A stretch of 64,000 bases of DNA from assembly GCA_964221845.1 (NCBI GenBank), contig CAXPZW010000055.1, forward strand, positions 1,896 to 65,895, written 5' to 3'. A program made the position numbers and the translations under genes. This DNA comes from Luminiphilus sp. GTDB lineage: Bacteria > Bacteroidota > Bacteroidia > Flavobacteriales_D > Sanyastnellaceae. Positions 38,461 to 46,571 of the stretch are shown here, piece after piece (within the stretch, counting starts at the first letter, position 1; every line of letters begins with the position of its first letter). The notes below the pieces were generated by a model. It saw nothing but the letters and a program-made list of their open reading frames with translations, was not told the DNA's origin and did not search any database.

Positions 38461-39207
38461 ATGAAAGCCCGAATTGTTCTCGCCACCTCCGCCGTTCTCC
38501 TGTTGTTTGCCTCGTGCTCTGAGCAAGGACTCAAAGCCCTGCAAGAAGTCACCGAAGCGGTCCTCACCGACCCCACCACTGCCCCATCGCTCAGCAACGA
38601 CGACGTGATCGCCGGCCTGCGTGAAGCACTCGTACAAGGCACCGAAAAAGGCGTTAACATCGCCTCGGCTGTTGACGGATTCTACAAAAACGACTTGCTG
38701 TTCATCGCTTTCCCTCCAGAAGCCGAAAAGGTCAAAGAGAAAGCCCTACAACTCGGATTGAACGCCCAAGTGGACCAATTTGAACAGACCTTGAACCGCG
38801 CCGCAGAAGAGGCCGTCAAGACCGCGGCGCCCATCTTTGGCCAAGCCATCCGCGAAATGACCATCGCCGACGGATTTACCATCCTGCAAGGCGAGGAGAA
38901 CGCCGCCACCAACTACCTGCGCGAGAAAACCACCGCCCAGTTGCAAGAGACCTTCCGCCCAGAGGTACAGTCGGCCATCGACAAAGTTCAGCTGACCAAA
39001 CACTGGGAACCCTTGGCCAGCAAATACAACCTCGCAGTGCAATTCACCGGCGGCGAACCCGTCAACCCCGACCTGACCAGCTACGTGACCGAGCGCGCTG
39101 TGGAAGGCCTGTTTGTGCACATCGAGTCCGAGGAGAAAAACATCCGCAAAAACCCCGGTGCACGCGCCACCGAGCTCCTGCAACGCGTGTTTGGATCCGT
39201 GCAATAA
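38461..39207 (+). CDS. DUF4197-like lipoprotein
   Basis: Lipobox LLFASC; about 230-aa alpha-helical secreted protein typical of the Bacteroidota DUF4197 family. Confidence 0.45.
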   Translation: MKARIVLATSAVLLLFASCSEQGLKALQEVTEAVLTDPTTAPSLSNDDVIAGLREALVQGTEKGVNIASAVDGFYKNDLLFIAFPPEAEKVKEKALQLGLNAQVDQFEQTLNRAAEEAVKTAAPIFGQAIREMTIADGFTILQGEENAATNYLREKTTAQLQETFRPEVQSAIDKVQLTKHWEPLASKYNLAVQFTGGEPVNPDLTSYVTERAVEGLFVHIESEEKNIRKNPGARATELLQRVFGSVQ

Positions 39208-39323
39208 GCACGGTTGGACCGGCAGGGTCTGCGGCCTGTTTTGCCCCCGCGTTGGCGGTGGGTATGGGTGGTTTTGTTACATTCGGAAGCGCTGTTTAGT
39301 AACCCAACCAAAACCAACGCTAT

Positions 39324-41150
39324 ATGAAACAAGGCTACGTTTTGCTGGCCGCGCTTGGACTTTCTGGTGCCCTCATGGCCCAAACCCCTTACCAAGCCCC
39401 CGCAGAAAAAGACATTGCTGTTAAGACCAGCCGACAGGCCATGACTGGCCACGAGGTGATTCCTCAAACCCCACGCGTGGAGCGTGAGGTGGGACAAGTC
39501 ATTGCCCCTACCCGTGCAGGCTTCACCGAAACCTTCATCGGAACCACCCAATACGACTTGCAGTCCAACGGTGCCAACCAAAACCGCATCGAAAACCACG
39601 ACGGTACATTGGTCGCTGGCTGGACCCAGAGTCAACAAGTTTCTCCGTTCAACGACCGCGGTACCGGTTGGAACGACGCCACCAATTACGAGTTCGGCGA
39701 TATTCCCTTTGACCGCCTTGAGTCGCAACGTGTGGGCTGGCCGAGTGTTACCCGTACCGCAGGTGGACGCGACATCGCAATCACCCACATTGGCTTTGAG
39801 AACCTGAGCATGATGTACCGCGACGCCGGTGGCGCATGGCAGGAAACCGAAGTGGAAACAGAAGTACCGATGGGCCTGCTGTGGCCACGTGCCATTGCCG
39901 GTGGTGCCGACGGCAACACCATTCACATGTTTGCCCTGACCACCCCCATTGGCAACCAGCTGACCACCGCAGACCTGTACCAAGGCATGGACGGTGCGCT
40001 GCTGTACTACCGCTCTTCAGACCAAGGCGACACCTGGGAGATCAGCGACATGCTCCTCCCTCAAATGGATTCGACCCAATTCTTGGGCTTCGGAGGTGAT
40101 TCATACGCCATTGCTGCCAACGGCGACAAAGTGGCCTTTGCTGTGTTCAACGACTGGTCTGACTCGTTTGTCATGATCTCTGAAGACAACGGCGACAACT
40201 GGACCAAGCGCGTTCTGGTAGACTTCCCGGTAGACCTCTTCCCCCAGGACGATGAGCTGCTCGACCTCAACGAAGACATGCTGGCCGACACCATTCTCAA
40301 TTCGGACAATTCGGGTGCCTTGCACATTGCCAACGACATGAGCCTGCACGTGACCTGGGGCAACATGCGCTACTTGGACGAAACCCTCGGCGACGACCAA
40401 TGGACCTACTTTCCTTTCACCGACGGCCTGCAGTACTGGAACGAGGACATGAACGACGGCGAGTCGATGACCATCGCGTTCACCACTGACTTGGACGACG
40501 ACGGCGAGGTGACCCTGGCCGAGGACATCGGCACCTACTTCACCAGCCTCACCGGCCACCCAAGCATGGGCTCGGACGCCGCAGGTACACTGTATGTGAG
40601 CTACTCAGGTGTGGTAGAAACCCACGCGACCGGCACCCAAAACTACCGCCACGTATTCCTGATGAAATCCGAAGACGGCGGTGCCAACTGGACCGATCCT
40701 GTAGACGCCACCCCAGACGAAGAGTACATCGGATACGAAGCCATCTTCTGTACCATGGCTCCGGTTGTGGATGATGAGCTGCACATGATCTACCAGCGTG
40801 ACCTTGAGCCCGGACTCCACGTGCGTGGCGACCAAGATCCTGTAGACCTCAACGACATCATCTACCTGGCGGTGACCACCGACTTGGACATCACCGGTGT
40901 AGAAGAGTACGTAGCTGATTGGGACTTCAACGTATACCCCAACCCCACCTACGGCGACGCCACTGTTGTACTCGGCGAAATGCTCCACGGCACCGTACGC
41001 GTGCTGGACATGCAAGGCAAGGAGATCCTGTCGAACAAAACCACCACTGGTATTGTTTCTCTCTCACTTGACGCCCTTGCCCCTGGCATCTACCTGGTGG
41101 AAGCAGGAAACGACATTCAACGCAGTACCCAACGCCTCATTGTACATTAG
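39324..41150 (+). CDS. BNR/Asp-box repeat (sialidase-like beta-propeller) protein with T9SS type-A CTD
   Basis: Asp-boxes SSDQGDTW, SEDNGDNW, SEDGGANW; C-terminus NVYPNPTYGDATVVL...GIYLVEAG type-A CTD. Confidence 0.7.
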   Translation: MKQGYVLLAALGLSGALMAQTPYQAPAEKDIAVKTSRQAMTGHEVIPQTPRVEREVGQVIAPTRAGFTETFIGTTQYDLQSNGANQNRIENHDGTLVAGWTQSQQVSPFNDRGTGWNDATNYEFGDIPFDRLESQRVGWPSVTRTAGGRDIAITHIGFENLSMMYRDAGGAWQETEVETEVPMGLLWPRAIAGGADGNTIHMFALTTPIGNQLTTADLYQGMDGALLYYRSSDQGDTWEISDMLLPQMDSTQFLGFGGDSYAIAANGDKVAFAVFNDWSDSFVMISEDNGDNWTKRVLVDFPVDLFPQDDELLDLNEDMLADTILNSDNSGALHIANDMSLHVTWGNMRYLDETLGDDQWTYFPFTDGLQYWNEDMNDGESMTIAFTTDLDDDGEVTLAEDIGTYFTSLTGHPSMGSDAAGTLYVSYSGVVETHATGTQNYRHVFLMKSEDGGANWTDPVDATPDEEYIGYEAIFCTMAPVVDDELHMIYQRDLEPGLHVRGDQDPVDLNDIIYLAVTTDLDITGVEEYVADWDFNVYPNPTYGDATVVLGEMLHGTVRVLDMQGKEILSNKTTTGIVSLSLDALAPGIYLVEAGNDIQRSTQRLIVH

Positions 41151-41169
41151 GCCAGGGACTAATTGCTGT

Positions 41170-41206
41170 GAAAAAAAGCCACGCTATCGCAGCGTGGCTT
41201 TTTTGT
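41170..41206. terminator. Bidirectional rho-independent terminator between the convergent BNR gene and fabD
   Basis: aaaaaaagccacgctatcgcagcgtggctttttt. Confidence 0.55.
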
Positions 41207-41229
41207 TGCATTCGATTTGGAAGGGGGAA

Positions 41230-42123
41230 TTACTCCGCTACAGGAAAGGCCGCTGAAGCGGTTGCAAAGCCGCGATCCACTTTCTTGAACAGGCCTTGGA
41301 GCACTTTACCTGGGCCCACTTCCAGTACTGAGGTAGCACCATCGCCAATCATGGCGTGCATGGTTTGGGTCCATCGCACCGGGGCGGTCAGCTGGGCCAC
41401 CAAGTTGTTTTTGATGGTCGCGGGATCGGTTTCACCTTGCGCGCTGACGTTTTGGTACACCGGGCAGCGAGGGGCCACAATGCCCGTGGCCTCGATGGCG
41501 GCTGCAAGCTCTTCGCGGGCAGGCTCCATGAGTGGCGAGTGGAAGGCTCCGCCCACAGGCAAGAGCAACGCGCGACGCGCACCTTTTTCCTTCAACACTT
41601 CGCAGGCTGCTTCCACCGCGGGAATTTGACCTGAAATCACCAGTTGTCCGGGGCAGTTGTAGTTAGCGGCCACCACAATGCCGTCTTGTTCGGCGCAGGC
41701 GGTTTCCACCACGTCGTCGTCCAGGCCCAGGATGGCGGCCATGGTTGAGGGCTCTGCCTCACACGCTTTTTGCATGGCTTGCGCACGGGCCGAAACCAAT
41801 TTCAAGCCGTCTGCAAAGTTCATGGCACCACAGGCCACCAGCGCAGAGAACTCACCCAACGAGTGGCCTGCAGCCATGCCCGGTTGAAAGGCATCGCCCA
41901 ACAGCTCTGCCAAAATCACCGAGTGGGTGAAGATGGCCGGTTGGGTCACTTTGGTTTGCTTCAAATCGGCGTCCGAGCCGTTGAACATGATGTCCGACAG
42001 GTCAAAGCCCAGGATGTCATTGGCTTCCTGAAAACGTGCGCGCGCCTCGGCGCTGGCATCGAACAGGTCTTTGCCCATTCCTGAAAACTGCGATCCCTGT
42101 CCGGGAAATACGATTGCTTGCAT
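41230..42123 (-). CDS. fabD: Malonyl-CoA:ACP transacylase
   Basis: VFPGQGSQ and GHSLGEFSAL active-site motifs. Confidence 0.85.
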   Translation of the reverse strand: MQAIVFPGQGSQFSGMGKDLFDASAEARARFQEANDILGFDLSDIMFNGSDADLKQTKVTQPAIFTHSVILAELLGDAFQPGMAAGHSLGEFSALVACGAMNFADGLKLVSARAQAMQKACEAEPSTMAAILGLDDDVVETACAEQDGIVVAANYNCPGQLVISGQIPAVEAACEVLKEKGARRALLLPVGGAFHSPLMEPAREELAAAIEATGIVAPRCPVYQNVSAQGETDPATIKNNLVAQLTAPVRWTQTMHAMIGDGATSVLEVGPGKVLQGLFKKVDRGFATASAAFPVAE

Positions 42124-42161
42124 GGCTTGAAAGATTTCGGGCCAAAACTACGCAAGATGCC

Positions 42162-42905
42162 CTAGCGAACGATGCGCGCCTCGAGGTCAAGTCCTGCCTC
42201 GGCGATGGCCTCCAACCGATCCAAGCTGTGGTACAAGTCCTCAAACGTGCCGATTTCGTAGTAGCGCATTTGGATTTCGGAGTTGACGAAGTGGTTGTGG
42301 ATGACCGCGTCGATGTCGTAGGGAAGCACTTCAATCGGGTCGTTGTAGATGTGGTTGGACTCGCCAAAGCTGCTGAGGATTCCGGCGCCGTAGATTTCGG
42401 TGCGGGTGTCTCCTTTCATCAACCCGAACTCGACGGTAAACCAGTACAAACGCTGCAATGCGGTAAGCATGGCGGGGTCGTGCAGGTACTTGACGCCAAT
42501 CTGTCCAAAGCGCTCCATAAAGGCCGCGTAGGTGGGGTCAATCAACAGCGGGATGTGCCCGAAAGTGTCGTGAAACATGTCCGGCTCTTCGAGGTAGTCG
42601 AGCTGCCCGCGGCTGCGGAGCCAGGTGGAAGAGCAAAAGCGCTTTTCGGCAAGGAGTTGGAAGAAGTCTTCCACCGGAATCAGTCCCTTGACCACTTCGA
42701 TGCGCCAACCAGTTTCGGCTTGCAGGCGGCGTTCGAGCGGGCCAAAATCAGGCACCTGCGATGGGGCCATCTCGGGCGCAAGACGGTCCACGCAGTCCAA
42801 ATACGCTTGGCAGCTCTTGCCTTGCAGGTTTTGGATCTGGCGGTCAAAGAGGATGTTCCAGATGGCGTGGTCCTCGGAGGTGTAGCGGTCGTAATGCTGT
42901 TTCAT
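42162..42905 (-). CDS. phhA: Phenylalanine-4-hydroxylase (aromatic amino acid hydroxylase)
   Basis: HDTFGHIPLL iron-binding region and overall PhhA length and pattern. Confidence 0.75.
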   Translation of the reverse strand: MKQHYDRYTSEDHAIWNILFDRQIQNLQGKSCQAYLDCVDRLAPEMAPSQVPDFGPLERRLQAETGWRIEVVKGLIPVEDFFQLLAEKRFCSSTWLRSRGQLDYLEEPDMFHDTFGHIPLLIDPTYAAFMERFGQIGVKYLHDPAMLTALQRLYWFTVEFGLMKGDTRTEIYGAGILSSFGESNHIYNDPIEVLPYDIDAVIHNHFVNSEIQMRYYEIGTFEDLYHSLDRLEAIAEAGLDLEARIVR

Positions 42906-43043
42906 GGCAACAAAAAACCCGGCAATTGCCGGGCATCAGGTTAGGTGTGGTGTACATGCACGCGTCTCCTTCCCTCAGCCCAATGGGTTGAGATATACTT
43001 GAGGATATGCGTGCCAGAAATTCATACCTCTAAGGTAAACGGT

Positions 43044-43712
43044 TCAATCCAAAAGGCAGTATGCCTTGTAGAAATTTGCGAGCAACGTGCGTCCTTTTTC
43101 ATTGGGATGGACGCCGTCTGAGGTAAAGTCGTGCCATACGGCAGCCGAAAAGCGTTCTGCCTCCTGCAGGGCATCGCCGGCATCTTGTGGCCACTGGTTG
43201 TAAGCCACGCGCGCCTCATCCAGGGCCCCTGGTCTGATGTAGGTGCTTGCGCCCAATTCAAAAGGCACCACAGGTACGGTATAGGAGTACTTGCCTGCTG
43301 CGGTCATGCGCGCACGGAATGCCGCGTAGTTTTGGCGCAGGGTGTCCGCCTCATACCCGGCCAACAAGTCGTTGGCGCCTAAGGCTACGGCCACCGCTTT
43401 GATGCGTTGATCATCCAATCCAGCGGCCCACTTGTCCAGGTGCAAGGCATACTCCCCCGGCACCGACCACACTGCCACACCGGGCAATGCTTCCAGGGAG
43501 TCACGCACCGCGTGCAAAATGCTGTTGCCTAGGATCACCAAGGAATCCGGGCGGGCAAAACAAGCCGTGCGTTTTTGATCCAAGTTCCAGTCGGTGGTGG
43601 CTTGGGCACGCAGGCGGTCGGGACGCCAAAGTTGGCGGTCTAGCTCAAACGTAGACCAAGCCAACAGGCCCAGCACCAACACCACCATCACACCTTTGAT
43701 TTGCCGATTCAT
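43044..43712 (-). CDS. SGNH/GDSL-family hydrolase
   Basis: Signal peptide and TM; GNSI block, GANDL block, DGVHPN catalytic block. Confidence 0.6.
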   Translation of the reverse strand: MNRQIKGVMVVLVLGLLAWSTFELDRQLWRPDRLRAQATTDWNLDQKRTACFARPDSLVILGNSILHAVRDSLEALPGVAVWSVPGEYALHLDKWAAGLDDQRIKAVAVALGANDLLAGYEADTLRQNYAAFRARMTAAGKYSYTVPVVPFELGASTYIRPGALDEARVAYNQWPQDAGDALQEAERFSAAVWHDFTSDGVHPNEKGRTLLANFYKAYCLLD

Positions 43713-43780
43713 CCCAGCCAAGGTATCGATTCCGCAACAAGAGACTCCGAGACATTTTCATTGCCCTGCTGCCCTTTACT

Positions 43781-44032
43781 ATGATCCCTGAACTGATCGG
43801 ACTTGGTGCCTACGGAGCCATCGTAGCTGTGCCAGTAGCAGTGCTCGTCGCTTGGATCTACCTCACCATGGAATTGGTGGGAGATTATTCAGAAAACCCC
43901 TTCCAAGGCATGGCCAATGACATCCCCATGCTTTCGCTGTGCAGGGTGATCGAAATAGACCTGCGTGAAATACTCGGTGAGACGGATCTACCTCCGGCCA
44001 TTCAAGCCAAAAACAATGTTTTGATGCAATAG
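43781..44032 (+). CDS. Bestrophin/UPF0187-like C-terminal fragment (possible gene remnant)
   Basis: SENPFQGMANDIPMLSLCRVIEIDL resembles the bacterial bestrophin C-terminal ENPFG-DxNDLPLD block; only about 100 codons of open frame available upstream. Confidence 0.3.
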   Translation: MIPELIGLGAYGAIVAVPVAVLVAWIYLTMELVGDYSENPFQGMANDIPMLSLCRVIEIDLREILGETDLPPAIQAKNNVLMQ

Positions 44033-44061
44033 AAAAGGCGCCCCAAGGAGCGCCTTTTTTA
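44032..44061. terminator. Bidirectional terminator hairpin aaaaggcgc-cccaagga-gcgcctttt
   Basis: 9-bp stem with A/T arms; near-identical copy at about 52064-52092. Confidence 0.55.
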
Positions 44062-44083
44062 CGTTCAATCAGTGGTGCGGGAA

Positions 44084-45043
44084 TTACAGCTTGTAGCTGA
44101 AGCCCACGGCCAACACCTCTTTGAATTGGGTAATGGGACCGGCGGCAATGCCTGTAGATTCAAAGTACTCTTGGCTACGGGCAATAGCAATGTCGTCGTC
44201 GTAAATCAGCTGAGTGCTGATGGTGGCGCTCATGTACTCGTTGATTTTCATCGAAATGAGGGTCTCCCAGTTGACATCGATGTTCTGCGGGTTGTTCAGG
44301 TAGTTGCTGAACAGGTCGATCTTGGTCATCAGGCTTACATTTTCAGCCAATTCGGTTGTGTACTGAACTTTGGCGAATGCTCCGATTTCCGCGCGGAACA
44401 TTTCACCGGCGGCCACACCGTAGTTGGTGCTAAGGGTGGTGTCGTTCACAATGGTCATCTTCAAGGTTGAAGGCGAGATGAAGGCTGTGAAGTTGTCCGA
44501 TGGCTTGTAGTCCATGCCCAAAGCAGCCAATGAAAATGCCGGCGCCAAGAAGTCTGAAATGCGCACCAAGTCATCGGCAAATGGATCCTCGTAACCCGGA
44601 GCAAACTGGGTGCGGAAGTTGAACAGCACCGAGTAGAACCAATCTTGGTTGGCTTGGTAACCCCACTTAGAAGCGAAGTCGATTTTATCATCGGTCTTCA
44701 CCCCGACCGCGTCCCCTTGCCAAAGCATACCGTAGGCCAGGTCCAAGGTGTTGTCCCAAGAGCTCTTGCCTTTGGCACGGTTGGCAAACAAGCTGACCAA
44801 TCCGTTTGAAGACAAGCTGTTTTGACCACCGGCAGCCCAGTTGCTCAAGTACACTTGACTAAAGTTGAGGCCCAGGGTACCGCCTTTCTTCCAGGTGGTG
44901 TCTGCGGCCAGTGAATCCACGGGCGTAGTGAGGGTCTTCACCAACATGGTTTCTTCTTCTGGAGTGAGAACCTTGTTGTTGGCGTCTTGCGCCCAAGAGA
45001 AAGTGCTGCACAGCAGAAGTGCAATGGCGATTGCGTGTTTCAT
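44084..45043 (-). CDS. DUF3078 outer-membrane beta-barrel protein
   Basis: Signal peptide; NWAAGGQNS motif characteristic of DUF3078; C-terminal aromatic residue. Confidence 0.65.
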   Translation of the reverse strand: MKHAIAIALLLCSTFSWAQDANNKVLTPEEETMLVKTLTTPVDSLAADTTWKKGGTLGLNFSQVYLSNWAAGGQNSLSSNGLVSLFANRAKGKSSWDNTLDLAYGMLWQGDAVGVKTDDKIDFASKWGYQANQDWFYSVLFNFRTQFAPGYEDPFADDLVRISDFLAPAFSLAALGMDYKPSDNFTAFISPSTLKMTIVNDTTLSTNYGVAAGEMFRAEIGAFAKVQYTTELAENVSLMTKIDLFSNYLNNPQNIDVNWETLISMKINEYMSATISTQLIYDDDIAIARSQEYFESTGIAAGPITQFKEVLAVGFSYKL

Positions 45044-45293
45044 ATCGTGGAGATCTTAAGGAGAGTTAATGGTTGCATATGTGAACGTCACTTCACCGAA
45101 CCGAATGTCGATACCTGCCGTGTCGAGCGTCTTCTTGCCATTGTGAAGAGTACTAAAGTACACATCATAGCAGTGGTCTGTGTCGCACCAAGACGTGCTT
45201 GATGGAGAACACCGTCTGAACGTTGAAATAGTCGGGTAAGAACGGAGTCAAGCAGATGTGGGGAACGAAGTCAGGGAAACCCTCAGGGCAAAA

Positions 45294-46517
45294 TCATGCC
45301 CCGGGCGCTGCGGAACCTCTGGTTTTGAGTCCGTACCAGATCAGGTAGCCCAGGCCCAACACCCCGCTGCACGCGGCCAAAAGAAACCCGTTGGAAATCG
45401 TCTCTGCCGCGTTGGCCTCGTCGTAAAGCCCACCAGTGATGAAGGCGCCCGCACCAATGCCTATTTCCAATGCCAACAGCATGGTGGCCAAAGACAACGC
45501 TACATGTCCGGGCCGAGCCAAGTCGGTGGTCCAAGCAAAAATGGTGGGACGGTTCAGGCCAATGGCTACTCCGTAGAGGATGCCACCGAAAATGGCCATC
45601 CAGCGCGTGGTAGAAAAACCAAGCACCAGCATGGCGGTGATCATGAACACCATCCCGATCATGAGCGGCACCAACCTCCCCAAACGGTCCGAAGCCCGTC
45701 CGGCAATGAACCGGATGGCTATGGAGGTGGCGATGAACGAGGGGTTGAACGACCCTTTGTACTCAAAGTTGAGCTCGTCGACCAGCAAAGGTGCCAACGT
45801 AATGATGGTCCCAAAGCTGAAGGTCTCAAACAAGGTGGTCATGAAGGCCGGCGTGGCGGATCGATCCAAGATCGGCTCGTCCTTTTTGAAGGCCAGCATG
45901 CTCCAAGTGAACTTCTGCGCGCTGGGCAAGGATTCTTGCAACCGGGATGTCATGAGCCAAGCCAGCACCCCCAGGACCGATGCGGTGATGAACATGTTGT
46001 CAAACCCCAAATGCTCCTTGACCACACTTCCCATCCAGGGGCCCAATGCCGTTCCAGTTGCACCCGCCATGCCTAAATACCCCATGGCCTCTCCAATGCG
46101 TTTGGGAGGCACTACGTCGGCCAGCATAGCAGTAGTGGCAGTTGGGCGCCAACCGGTGCTCAGCCCATGCACAAACCGCAATGCCAAGAAGGATAAGATG
46201 GTGGTGGTGAATATGTAGAGCCCACCGCAAACTGCAGTGACGATGGTCCCAAAAATCATCACAGGACGGCGGCCAATGCGGTCGGCAAGACGTCCACTCC
46301 AAAGCCTGCTCAACCCGGCAGAAACGGTAAAGAGCCCAATGATGAACCCCACAAATGCTTCGCCCCCATCCATACGCTTGAGGAACTCAGCCAGCTCAAA
46401 CAGTGGGAAGCTGAAGCTCATCATGAACAGCACCGAGCTGAAACACAAGAGCCAAAAATTGCGGGTAAAAATGGTGCCTGACTCCCGAGGATCAGGCGTA
46501 GAGGTGTTGTGGGTCAT
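45294..46517 (-). CDS. MFS transporter
   Basis: 12 TM pattern; GRLADRIGRRP MFS signature between TM2 and TM3. Confidence 0.75.
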   Translation of the reverse strand: MTHNTSTPDPRESGTIFTRNFWLLCFSSVLFMMSFSFPLFELAEFLKRMDGGEAFVGFIIGLFTVSAGLSRLWSGRLADRIGRRPVMIFGTIVTAVCGGLYIFTTTILSFLALRFVHGLSTGWRPTATTAMLADVVPPKRIGEAMGYLGMAGATGTALGPWMGSVVKEHLGFDNMFITASVLGVLAWLMTSRLQESLPSAQKFTWSMLAFKKDEPILDRSATPAFMTTLFETFSFGTIITLAPLLVDELNFEYKGSFNPSFIATSIAIRFIAGRASDRLGRLVPLMIGMVFMITAMLVLGFSTTRWMAIFGGILYGVAIGLNRPTIFAWTTDLARPGHVALSLATMLLALEIGIGAGAFITGGLYDEANAAETISNGFLLAACSGVLGLGYLIWYGLKTRGSAAPGA

Positions 46518-46571
46518 GTTGGGGCCCCAAAGGTAGCACGATCACCGAGGCGACCACTCCGCTATGACCGC

